Shown one piece after another: positions 1 through 12,316 of a stretch of DNA of 64,000 nucleotides (positions are counted from its first letter, which is position 1; every line of letters starts with the position of its first letter). Origin of the DNA: Octopus sinensis (Eukaryota). The DNA lies in assembly GCF_006345805.1 (NCBI RefSeq), contig NC_043016.1:28086001-28150000 (forward strand), written 5' to 3'. The notes under the pieces are model-generated. The model searched no databases and had not been told where the DNA came from. It saw nothing but the letters and a program-made list of their open reading frames with translations. Position numbers and translations under genes: made by a program.

Positions 1-1054
1 ATTGTTCCATTGTACCAAGTACATTTTATCATGGTACCAGCACTAAAGCAGTTGTCTTACTCTTGGTGAGGTGAAAGAATCTTTTCTTTACCACTTTCCT
101 TATATTTGTCCGTTTGCCAGAACAAAGTTACCTTATTTCTAGTTGAGTGGTGAAAGAGGACCAGAGTTAGATGACAGAGGAAAAAGTAATTGAAGCTTAT
201 GGTAAAAAGGATTAGATATAAACATTATAAATGGTAATGAGGGATGAAGTAGGTTGGTAGAAGACAAAGGAAGATTGATGGATGTCAACAATGAGTGGTC
301 ATGAGGAAGAGTAATGGTTAGGGTAACAAATAGTAATGGAAATTGATGATTGTAAGAGAAGGAAAATAACAGGTTCTAATGAGAAATGTTTAGAGGGAGG
401 GATGGTTAATAATAAAGATGTGTTAGTGGTAAGGAAAAAATTGAATGTGGATAGATTTAGGATCTGTATAATGAAAGGGAGATAGTAATTGAGAGAAGAG
501 TTTGGCATATGGAGACTTAATGTAAAAATAATGGAAATGAAGGTTTGCTCTGATAATACATCACTTTCCAACTCCATCCTTACCTGCTCTTCTAAAATCT
601 GCTCCAGCCCTTTCTCTCACACATTATTCCTCTTTACTCTTTATTCTCCCAGCATAATGTTGCCCCTCATCATTCAAGTTCATAGTTTTGCAAGCCACAC
701 AGTTACCTAGCAAGTACTGGTGGCATCCAGTACACAATGTAAAGTGGTTGGCATTAGGGAGGGCATCTAACCATAAAAAACATACCAGAATAGACACTAG
801 AGTACAATAAAGTCCTTGAACTTGTCAGGTTCTGTCAAACCTATATCAATGTGGGACAATGATGGAAGTGGTTGTAGCAAAAGAATAGTACCTTTCATGA
901 TAAAAGGTCGGGAAGTAATTAAAAAAATGTTCCTGCTATTGACAGCAAAAGGCAGAGATATACAAAACTTGTAGTAGTAGTGTAACATTTAAAATTACCT
1001 TTGGTTGATCATAGAACCTGGAACAGAAATGAGGTAATACAATCTACTGAATGT

Positions 1055-1415
1055 AGGTGCATGTGTGGCTGTATGGTCAGAAATTTTCTTTCCGACCACA
1101 TGGTTCTGGGTTCAGTCCCAGTGTATGGAACCTTGGGCAAGTGTCTTCTACTATATCCTCAGGCCAACCAAAACCTTGTGAGTTGATTTGGTAGATGGCC
1201 ATTGTGTGTGTGCATGCCCCATCACAGCTTGACAACTGGTGTTGGTGTGTTTACATGCCTGTAACTTAGCAGTTCAGCAAAAGAGAGCAATAGAATGATT
1301 ACCAGGCTTAAAAGAAAAAGTAACTACTGGGGTTGATTCATTGAACTGAAAATTTCTTCAAGGCATTTTCCCAGCAAGGCTGCAGTCTAATGACTGAAAC
1401 ATGTAAAAGATAAAA
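1055..1415 (+). mobile_element. tRNA-derived SINE, family A; other copies at about 8635-8993, 30952-31082, 36209-36545, 43262-43605, 47845-48180, 49205-49640, 60370-60612 (+) and 14460-14630, 25860-26035, 41570-41920, 54840-55030, 63665-64000 (-)
   Basis: Head ggtgcatgtgtggctgtatggt...ggttcagtccca (Pol III A and B boxes); body accttgggcaagtgtcttctactata; central (TG)n; tail aatgactgaaacaagtaaaaga. Confidence 0.85.
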
Positions 1416-3834
1416 CATGATGGTGACTTGAATGAAAAAAAATGAACTAACAATGGCTGTACGTTAATTGGCTGATGGTTGCACTTCGCATGGGGTATGT
1501 GATGCAAATTATGAATGTTGTATTAAAAGTACTGTTTAATCAGATGATTCAAAGTAGTAGTGGCAAATGACCACCCTTACCAAGTACAGGGTCAGCTATT
1601 GGGATATCAACATTAAATTATCTGGTCATTAAGAATGAAATGTCTGATTTTCTTATGCATCAAGTTTGACAGTCGTTGACTCTAGTATTTTATCCTGACA
1701 GTTCTTTGTTTTACAACATGGAAGAGTTACAGCTTCACTTTTCGAAATGGAATTCATGGTGTCTGATTATATTGTGAGTTTTCTCTTGTAAATCAATTTT
1801 TGTGAACCTGTGGATCATCATCATCATCATCATTTAACGTCCATGTTCCATGCATGGGTGGGACAGGACCACAAGAGCTGGCCATGGTGAAGCCTGCACC
1901 AGGCAATGCCCCAGCATGGCCACAGCCTAATGACTGGAACAAGTAAAAGATAAAAGTATGCACACACACACACATATTTCTGCTTTGTACATTAAATTAG
2001 TCGAAACTTCTCCAATGTCTTTTCCGTGGTCTCACACAAAAAAAAAATTTCTCAGATTCAACTGTAAATAAGTATCACTAGTACACCATACAATGAAGAC
2101 AAAAACAGTTTGAACACACAAAAACACACTTATTGCTTATCATTTGCATGTCAAAATAAATTTCCTCCTTAGAAAATTATACATCATTTGAAAGTTCTGG
2201 ATGTGGACTTTCTTCTCATTTGGTTATAATGAAATTCTGACTGTTACATATGTCAGCATCCCTTGAACTCCCCAGTATTTCCACACATTTACAAAGTTGT
2301 TTTCTTTTTTTTGGACTGTTGGAGAGTAGCTCTCATTCCAGTTCAATGCATTGGTGCACTGTGACTCCATGTTTTTCGCTTTATTTTGATATAAAAATTG
2401 ATGATGGTAGGTCAGATTATCATTACAAACTATACAGAGAAAATTTCATCATGAATTTTCACTTAGGAAAAAACATATTTTCTTCAAGATTTTTATATCA
2501 TAAGAAAAAATTTCTTACAGATTCAATATTGTCATTGCTAAATCTGGCACAATACAGTGAAAAAATACAGTCTCTCTCTCCTTCTGCACTTCCCTCAGGT
2601 TGGGTAACCATATATTTCCTTTGCAGAAGCATACCTGTTTCTATATTCATTTCTGATCTCTTGTTCCCCAGCCGGGTAACCTTGTAACCTCCTCTACAGC
2701 AAAATGCCCTGTCTCTGTCTCACTATAACCTTTCATGATCCGACACAAGGTCGCCTCCTCCCTTTCAAAAAAGTTTCTTTTTTGTTTTGCAAGTACTTGG
2801 CGACCCTGTCATTGCAGGTACCACTTAAAAGCACTCACTGTAAAGTGATGTTTGGAAGTGCATCCAGCTGTAAAGACCTTGTCAAAACTAACCTTGCCTG
2901 TGCTGGTACCACATAAAAAGCATTAAGTCCACTCTGCTGACTGGTTGGTGTTAGTAAGGGCATCCAGCTGTAAAAATCCTGCCAAAACAGTTACAGAAGT
3001 CTGGTGCTGGCTTCTGCTTGGCCGGCTCCTGTCAAACCATTCCACCCATGCCAGCATGGAAGGTGGACGTTAAACAATGATGATAATGATATCACATCAG
3101 TTTCAAAGATATGTCATAACAAATATGTTCTGGAAGCTCTGTGTGTGTAAGCACAACTAGGTCTTTGCCTAATATCCTCATGACCCTACCCACAACCCAT
3201 CATCTTTCTAACTGCAACACTTCTTTGATACCACCTATTTTACTTGTGACTCTAAAACATTTCATTTTAGCTACCCTTTATCAACACTGATCTCTCCACC
3301 CATACTTCACATTGATCACATCCACTCACCAAGTCATCAAATTATCTCTCCTCCCGTACCATTATATGATTCTCTTCTCGTACACTACATCTACATCCTG
3401 TCTCCTGCAGTCTACCCAATGATGTCATCTCTTGTCCTTCCCATCTCTTCTATCTCTATTCTCAATGTTCCACCTGTTTTTTACTGTAGCTCCCTACATC
3501 TACCATTCAGTCCTATCCTATATTTACATCTCTTGCCCACCTGCACACACTTATACTCACCATGTAGTTAGAGGAGGCCATCCAGACCACCTTATTACTA
3601 CTATTCTATTTCTTTCTAGCCCTACCTGATCATTCTCTCTCACTCTTTCAAATGTAATAAACTTCTACAGCAAGAATCTTGTTCTGCATCCACTCGCCTC
3701 CTGGCTTAACCTTCTTGATACAAGCTGAAAAGACTTCGAGGCCAATCCATTGGCCCAATGAAACAAACATTGTTAATGGTTGATTTTGAAGTGTAATAGC
3801 CAATCAGAGATCTTCTTTCAGTACTTTTTTTTGT

Positions 3835-4097
3835 TTTTTTCACAGAAACATTTATGATTATTTATTTACATGTAATGTATTGTTTTAGATTTTCCTAGTG
3901 TGATAGATATATTGTACTGTTTATAAGCTTTCATAATCATCATCATCATCATCATCGTTTAGCGTCCGCTTAAACGATGATGATGATGATGATGATTATG
4001 AAAGCTTATAAACAGTACAATATATCTATCACACTAGGAAAATCTAAAACAATACATTACATGTAAATAAATAATCATAAATGTTTCTGTGAAAAAA
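3835..4097. repeat. Fold-back palindrome: 127-bp arms (3835-3961 and 3971-4097) with a 9-nt spacer
   Basis: Read by eye, the arms are exact reverse complements, including (CAT)6/(ATG)6. Confidence 0.95.
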
Positions 4098-4445
4098 CAA
4101 ATAGTTTTCAACATCCTTTGTTTTCTACATGCGCCCATCAATTTCAATCTCAACAGAAAAAAAAAGAAACTTTGGTCTTTTTGGCTACACATACTAAAGC
4201 ACTATGTGTCTCAAAAGGGTTAATGCTACTCCACTCTTGTGAGAATATGTAGTCTTGCAAGCACCACTAGTATTGGAGACACAAAAAGCTTCTCCCAGTT
4301 AAAGCTGTGAAGTGGTTGGCTTGAGGAAGGGCATTCAGCTGTAGAAACCATACCATCAGAACACAATTTAGACCATGGGCCCATTGGATACTGTCATTGC
4401 TGGCCTTGTGCCAAAATTTGAAACCAACATAGTAATTTGATACAG

Positions 4446-4479
<34 letters not shown>

Positions 4480-5567
4480 TATATATACAGAGAGAGATAG
4501 AAAATATGTCACAGTGACCCCTTTATTTTTTTCAATACATATGGTGATAAATTTATAGGGAGGAAGATGTAGGTAATTGACCATCCCTAGTACATTACAG
4601 ATATATACTTTATCATTTTTGGTGAATACAAAAACAAAATCACCATCAGCAGGACTACTTCAGACATTAGACACATTTATGGAGACATTATTGCATGACA
4701 TCTGTTCAGCATTACTATTTCTGCTAGGCCCACTAATCTTTTTACAACACAATATACATAATCTAAAATATTGTGCAATGATTAAAACAATGCACAGAAC
4801 TCGTTGCTGCATGAAATTAGCTGAAAAATAATGAAAGGGAATATATTCTTACAAATCCCTCTATCACAGGAACACTGGTATACAGTAACAAATCCAGGTA
4901 AAAAAAAAAAAAGTCACAGGAAGAAAATCACAGGTTTTATCCAGATCCCATAAATTAATTGTGACTTTATTACTGGTCACCACAGTAATATAGCTAGAAT
5001 GTGTGTTGCATGGGGAAGCTTTTGAGTTTTCTGTCCCCAGAGCCCCAAGCCTATACAGGTTTAGTACCATATCACAAAAAACATTGCGCAAGGTAGACCA
5101 GCCTCCTCAACCCCTGCTAGCTATGCTGGTATATATAGCAGTGTGTAAAGGGAGGAGTTCAGGGACTTGTCATTTGAATATGCTGCTTTGCCTGAACATA
5201 AGCCTGTCTTGGATAGCAAATGAAAGAAATATTGAGAACTTGTTGCATCTCTTGAAGTATCACAAAATCAGGGTTGTGGTGACTCTTCAAATGCAACAAC
5301 AGGGAACTTGTATATTTTGCTGGGAAATGAAATGGCATGTTATGTTGAAATGGTTGATTAAATGGACAAAGACAATGAGTCAACCAAAAAAAAATAATCT
5401 TGAAGTGTATTTTGGACAAAGATTTAGCACAAATTTTAACACCAAATTTGAAATATCAGATGTTGCTGAAATATGCAAACATGAACTTGAAGACATCCTG
5501 TTTGCTCCAGAGAACAGTGTGAGAGCAATATGTCTGCAAGTGTTGATCTATCAATCGACAAGTCTGA

Positions 5568-5970
5568 ATCATCATCATCATCATCATTTAACGCCCACTT
5601 TCCACACTGGCATGGGTTGGACAGTTTGACTGAGAACTAGCAAACTTGGCAGCTACACCAGGCTCCAATCTGCTTTGGCTAGATTTCTACAGATGGATGT
5701 CCTTCCTAATGCCAACCACTGAGAGTGTAATGGGTGCCACCAGCATGGGAGCCAGTGAGGTAGCACTGGCATTGGCCACACTTAAATTATGCTTTTTTAT
5801 GTACTGCCGGCATAGGTGCCAGTCAGGCAGCACTGGTATTGGTCATGCTCGAACAGTGCTTTTTACATTCCACTGGCCCAGGTGCAATCAGGCAGCACTA
5901 ACGTCAGCCATGCTTGAATGGTGCTTTTTACATGCCACCAGCACAGGTGCCAGTCAGGTGAGACTGGTGT
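5568..5970 (-). mobile_element. RTE-type retroposon tail copy; others at about 1815-1910, 2800-3090, 7010-7200, 10875-11060, 18320-18598, 31085-31200, 31730-31980, 39095-39655, 44515-44780 and 46500-46835
   Basis: (CAT)n-ttaacg...catgggttgg motif, the reverse complement of the family tail. Confidence 0.75.
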
Positions 5971-7575
5971 AAAAACAGATATTGCAAACCAGTGAATCTT
6001 ATTTATTAGCTACAAATCAAAGTAACAGTCATATCTGGTTTAATGTTATCTAATAAAATACATCATATGAACTTAAAATGCTACCAACATATTTTTTGAA
6101 TTGTCCTATAAATATTGGTATAATCCAACACACCAGTTTAGCATTTTACATCACACACAGAAAGATAGAAACTACATATATGAAAGTTAGGGGCTTCATC
6201 TTATGATGGCTTCTACTATTGATACAGCTTCCTTCATCACCATAGGTTACAAATTTTTATATCTGATAGAGTGTGAGTGAAGAAGTCCACTGTTAGTCAT
6301 TTTGACTTTGAGTTTCAACAATAACATCTTCAAACATGGCTGTTTCTGTTTATAATAATTTACCTTCATTGATATCTACTGAAACAAATCCTGCAGTATC
6401 ATACTTAATTGATTCAAACACTTTTATTTCATCTAATTTAAATAAAAAGCTAGTTGCATCTTGTAAAGAAATAAGTTTTTTGAAAAGCCAAATATCCACT
6501 GAGAGTAATAAATAATGATAGCTATCATTTTAGAGATTTACCATTCCAGAGAGAAGGAATAATCAGGAGAGATTCTCTATGGGTTGGATCAGGTTGAAAC
6601 AAATGGTAAGAAATTTCATAACCAACATAACTTTAATACTGAATAAACTATATTTAATACGGTGATGTACGTGCATAGCAAATGACCTGATCTGAGATCG
6701 TGTGCTGGAATGAACATAATTGCAGTGTTGAAGGTGTTTATAAGCCATTTAAGAAACACAAAATCCGTCAGATTCATTTCAACATTTAAATTTAATTTGT
6801 CAAAATATTTTCGGCGCTTTGAGACCGCGACCTGTTCACTGACAAAATTCCGTGCTGCATTTTAATAGTTAAATTTAAATCCTTTACTACTTCCATTTAT
6901 CATAGAGCAATATTTTTCCTCATTAGAATCTTCACTGACAGCAGCAATGTTATCCACATAACCAAAAGTATTGTCTTGAACCTACTTGTCAATGATTTTT
7001 GCCAATCATCATTATTATTCAACATCCATTTTCCATGCTGGCATGGGTTAGATGATTTGACTGTAGCTGTTTTGGTTTGGTCTCTGACTGGAGTTTAGTG
7101 AGTGCAATTTACGTGTCACCGGCACTGGCCACAATTAGTTTCACTTGGCTTGATGTGTCTTCTCAAGCACAGCAAATCGCCAAAGGTTTTGGTCACTTGT
7201 CATTGACTCCATGAAACACAACATCTGAAGATCATAGTTTACCTCCTTGTCCCATGTCTTTCTGGGTCTGCCTCTTCCACAGGTTCCCTCCATAGCTAAA
7301 GATCATTTCACATGTTCCCTTCATGTCATTTGTAAATGCCTAAAGAAATGTTACAGAACTACCAAAGTAAACATTTAACTTTAAATGCTGTATATTAATA
7401 ATCACATAGGAATATTGCCAGAATTTCAAACAGACTAAGAATTGAATCTACATCGTGTTCAGATGTAAAAATAACTAAACATCACAAACAAGATTCTGTC
7501 AAGGATTGTTGATATCATCAAGTAACTAACCCATTTAAGTCTCTTGCAGTGAAAACTCATTAGAATCCCCATAGT

Positions 7576-7730
7576 GACCGATGATGCATAAATTGGTGAA
7601 GGGTAAGACCAACGATGCATAAATTGGTGAAGAGGAAGACCAATGATGCATAAATTGGTGAAGGGGAAGACCAATGATGCATAAATTGGTGAAGGGGAAG
7701 ACCAATGATGCATAAATTGGTGAAGAGAAA
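7576..7730 (+). repeat. 31-bp minisatellite, 5 copies (GACCAATGATGCATAAATTGGTGAAGGGGAA)
   Basis: Directly visible; produces repetitive spurious ORFs in 3 minus frames. Confidence 0.95.
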
Positions 7731-9691
7731 AAGATGAAGAAGAGAGTTGGGGAGGAAGAGCAGCAGGATAGTAATGATGATACAGTTGACACAAGGTGGG
7801 AAAAAGAGGGAGATGACATGGTTGGGTAGGTTGCAGGAGTGTGGAGAAAGAGAAATGCAGAAGTAGTGTATAAGGAGAGAGTTATATAATGATGAAGGAG
7901 GTGAGATAATTTGGTAGCTCAGTGGGAGGAAATGTGACCAAATAACAAGAAACATTTTTGGATAAACAACATATTTAAATCTCAATAACATGTTCATCTT
8001 TGGCATATTTATCAGATAAGCCATCTATAAATGAACTTCTAGGATTGCACCTAAAAAGTTTCTCCTCTGAAGCACAAGTCTGGGCAAAGTTGTCTTATGG
8101 TAGACCTGCAGTTGTCTATACATACCAGCCTTCCCTCTCCATGGCAGCAATGTTATCTAAGGGAAAAGCAAAGACCGATACAGCTTAGCAACAGTGATGT
8201 CGTAACTCATTTCTGCTGATGAGTGAACTGGAGCAACATGAAATAAAGTGTCTTGCTCAAGAACACAACACACAGCCTGGTCTGGGATATTGAGTTTACT
8301 ACCTCATGATTGTGAACCCCGACACTCTAACCACTAAGCCATGTGCCTTCTATGTAGAAGGTTTATCTGATAATTAGTCAGTGACCACACACAGCCAAGA
8401 TCAATGACTACAGGAATTTATGGCTCTCAACTTCAGTTCACTCAACAACAACTACATTCACTACTGACACAAACTACTTCACTTGGTAATGGCAATGCAT
8501 TTTTGCTTACTATAATAAATATTTTGTCCATCTCTCGATCATACATCCAATCAAAATATTCTATTGTTATACTAGCGGCTTTGTCAAGAACACTACACAG
8601 CTCCTCAGTACACTAAATAATTTCAGAAACACTGCAGCTTGCTCACCAACCACATGGTTCCGGGTTCAGTCCCACTGCATGACACCTTGGGCAAGTGTCT
8701 TCTACTATAGTCTCGGGCTGACCAAAGTCTTTTGAGTGGATTTGGTAGACGGAAACTGAAAGAAACCCGTCGTATATATGTATATATATGTATGTGTGTG
8801 TATACGTTTGTGTCTGTGTTTGTATCCCCAACATCGCTTGACAACCGATGCTGGTGTGTTTATGTCCCCGTAACTTAGTGGTTCGGCAAAAAATACTGAT
8901 AGAATAAGTACTAGGCTTACAAAGAATAAGTCCTGGGGTCGACTTGCTGGACTAAAGGCGGTGCTCCAGCATGGCCACAATCAAATAAAAGAGTATATGT
9001 TAGTCTAACCATCTTTGTGAATCTGTTTCCTGCCATTGATTTTCCTCTTTAGTTGTAGCTAGTCAGATTTTTTTCAACTTTCAAAACAATGCCAATCAAA
9101 CTGCCACCTGCAACATTATAAACACTGACCAAATTATTCATGTCCCTGTAAGTTCCAACCATGTGGTTTATTTATCATCAGGTGCTGTTCTTATCCCTGC
9201 ATAGACAACACCTGCACTTCGTTGGTGATTAGCATCCTTATACCTGACATCCTGCTGGAAATCCAGGATTTCAACATCATACCAAGCCTCTCTGTTTTCT
9301 TCTCTTCAGAAAAATGACTTGGTCAGCATCAACCCTCTAAAAAGAACCCAAGTTGAGTTTCAACAAGGACTCCACCACCTGAACAAAGGAACCTAACATC
9401 AGTAAATCAGTGGGAGTAGGGTTGAAGGGTGGATAGAGCACAGAGAGTGACCGATGATGCATAAATTGGTGAAGAGAAAAAGATGAAGAAGAGAGTGGGG
9501 GAAGAAGAGCAGCAGGATAGTAATGATGATACAGTTGACACAAGGTGGGCAAAAGAGGGAGATGACATGGTTGGGTAGGTTGCAGGAGTGTGGGGAAAGA
9601 GAAAGGCAGAAGTAGTGTATAAGGAGAGAGTTACATGGTGATGAAGGAGGTGAGATAATTTGGTAGCTCAGTGGGAGGAAATGTGACCAAT
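7700..9691 (+). repeat. ~245-bp direct duplication (7700-7941 and 9447-9691)
   Basis: Near-identical purine-rich blocks ...gaagagaaaaagatgaag...ggaggaaatgtgaccaa. Confidence 0.9.
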
Positions 9692-9821
9692 CTAAATTAT
9701 GGATGAAAGATAAATAACAAAAATGATATGGTTCGAGGTATTAAGGCCATGTGGCAAGTGTATCTACTAATGCTTCTATTGCCTGTTCTGTACTTGTGTC
9801 TTTAGTTGACCATTATTATTA

Positions 9822-10650
9822 TTAAGATGGTGAGCTGGCAGAATTGTTAGCATGCTGGGCAAAATACTTAGCAGCATTTCATGTCTTTGTTCTGAGTTCA
9901 AATCTGCCACGGTTGACTTTACATTTTATCCTTTTGGGGTTGATAAAATAAGTACGTAGTCTAATCAACTTAACCCTAAAAATTGCAGGCCTTGTGCCTA
10001 AATTTGAAATCATCATCATTATTAAGGCAGCAAGCTGGCAGAAACTTTAGCATGCTGGGTGAAATGCTTAGCAGTACTTAGTCTTTATGTTCTGAGTTCA
10101 AATTCTGTTGAGGTTGACTTTGCCTTTCCTCCTTTTGAGGTCAATAAATTAAGTACCAGTTGTGTACTGGAGTTGATCTAATTGACTGGCCCCCCTCCCC
10201 AAACAATTCGGGCCTTGTGCCTAGAGTAGAAAAGGTTATTATTATTGGCAGAATTATAGTGTGCTGGACAAAATGCTTTGTGGTATCTCTTCTTTGTTTT
10301 GAGTTCAAATCCCATTAAGGTTAACTTGGCCTCTCATCTTTTTGTGGTTAATAAACTAAAATATCAGTCAAATATTATGGTATCAACTAATTCTTGCTCA
10401 CCTCAAAAATTGTTGGTCTTCTACTTATAGTAGAAACTATTATTATTATTAGCCAATAAGTGACTGGAACAAAATGCCGAGGCATTTCTTCTGGCACATT
10501 ACATTCTGAGCTTGAATTCTACCAAGGTCAACTTTATCTTTCATCCTTTCAGGGTTCATGAAATAATAAAAAGTGAAGAACAGGAATTGATGTAATTAAC
10601 TTTTCCTTTTTCTTCAGATTTGCTGGTCTTGTACCAAAAATTAGAAAGAA
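9822..10650 (+). mobile_element. Head-to-tail array of 4 diverged ~200-bp SINEs, family C; single copies at about 48975-49190 (+) and 26050-26470 (-)
   Basis: Repeated gagctggcagaa...ttagcatgctgg...ttctgagttcaaat...gttgacttt...ataaa..aagtac...ggccttgtgcct, separated by (ATT)n or (CAT)n. Confidence 0.85.
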
Positions 10651-11374
10651 TTATTTTATGTCTCTATTAAATCTTACCATTAATTCTTAGACCATCTAAA
10701 CAGCAAGAAGTTTGGGAATCTTGGATTACTGGCTGTGAGATTGGAAAAACAATTTGAAAAGTTTTAAATAATTTTGAGCTGCAAAAACCTAAAATTCTGA
10801 GAGGAGTTTTGAAGAAAATGTGTGTGCTGTGATTCCTGTCACTTATTCAGATGAGTATGTTGTTTGTGAGAAAGTCGTCATCTAATGTCTGTTTTCCATG
10901 CTGGAATAGGTTGGATGGTTTGATCAGAACTTGGTACGGCCAGGGGCCACACCAAGGTTCCATTGTCTGCTCTGGCATGGTTTCTATGGCTGGATGCCCT
11001 TCCAAATGCCAACCACACCAGTGTGTACTTGTTGATTTTCATGTGGCACCAGCATCAGTATCAATCCTACTGCAGTGGATGGGTCTTTTGAAACTTTTGT
11101 GATTTTACCACAAAACTTTCATGCAAAAAAAAAAAAATGGGATTTTGTAAAATTAGTAATAACAGAGAAAGGTAATTGATGAATCACTGCTTAAAGTCAT
11201 TTATTTGATGTTATAGGGCAATAGTAGTTACAGGATTGTTTTTATCATCACAATGGTTGTTTGCTAAAATTGCAGCTATGTTGACCATGTGCTAAATTGC
11301 TCTGTCAAGAATTGCTTGAATTTAGCTATCACATGTGAAATTCACAGAGTTGAAGAAGATATTTGACACTTGAT

Positions 11375-12083
11375 CATATATTCAAAATCATAAGCTTAGT
11401 GACCGAGACCTTTGGAAATATGCCGTGCGTGAGAAGACCAGGCAAGCCAAATGAAACCATAATCTCATGGCCTATGCCAGGGGCGTAACCAGCCCACTTA
11501 TGCGTACCTTTTCCTCCTTTGGACACTAAAACTCTGCTTGCGAAGACCTGTTGAGGCAAGTGAAATCAATCAATCAAAAGCAAAATCAAATTCGATGACT
11601 GGCATCCATGCTGGCAAGGTGCAAAGAGCACCATACAAGTGTGATCATTCACAGAGCGGCTAACCGGCTTCCGTGCCAGTGGCACTTAAAGGGCACCATT
11701 CGAGCATGATCGTTACCAGTGTCACCTTACTAGCACTTGTGCCTGTGCTAGTAGGGTGCCAAGAGCAGCCAACTGGCTTCCGTGCCAGTAAAAGGGCACC
11801 ATTTGAGCGTGATCGTTACCAAAGTCGCCTTCTGGCACCTGTGCTGGTGGCATATATAAAAGGATTCGAGCGGGGTCGTTGCCAGTACCGCCTGACTGGC
11901 CCCCGTGCCGGTGGCATGTAAAAAGCACCCACTACACTCTCGGAGTGGTTGGCATCCAGTTGTAGAAACTCTGCCAAATCAAGACTGGAGCCTGGTGCAG
12001 CCATCTGGTTCACCAGCCCTCAGTCAAAATCGTCCAACCCATGCTAGCATGGAAAGTGGACGTTAAACGATGATGATGATGAT
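11375..12083 (+). mobile_element. Young RTE-type retroposon 3' region with internal ~65-bp tandem units and (GAT)n tail
   Basis: CpG-rich; repeated gtgccagtggcacgtaaaaagcaccattcgagc units; ends ccaacccatgctagcatggaaagtggacgttaaacgatgatgatgat. Confidence 0.8.
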
Positions 12084-12095
12084 GTACCATATTAA

Positions 12096-12316
12096 CCCTT
12101 TCATTACCAACCTGGCTAAAACCAGCTCTGGCTCTGTAGCATAAATGTCTTGTTTTCATAAGTTTTGAATTAAAATCTTCCACCAAACCTTAGTCACAAT
12201 TAATGTTCCTAACACTAGCTTAATGATAACTAAGTTATTTTACTAAATTCTTTGTTACATCTAAAATAATTGAGAGAAACAAAGAGCATCCCAAAATAAA
12301 TACAGTAATGAAAGGG
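12096..12316. mobile_element. piggyBac-type MITE (221 bp)
   Basis: TTAA on both sides; perfect 12-bp TIR CCCTTTCATTAC/GTAATGAAAGGG. Confidence 0.85.

Noticed and set aside
2250-2687. 145-aa ATG ORF
   Set aside because: No domain or splice support; its 3' third is a retroposon-associated CT-rich sequence also found at about 18130-18330
5003-5629. Longest ORF (208 aa) as a real gene
   Set aside because: Non-ATG start, no recognisable domain, and its 3' end runs into a retroposon (CAT)n tail, so the poly-His is an artefact
7576-7730. CRISPR-like ~30-bp periodic repeats (also considered for 53703-54282, 61692-62140 and the ~65-bp retroposon units)
   Set aside because: Units are contiguous and homologous end to end, with no unique spacers and no cas genes, in a eukaryotic context
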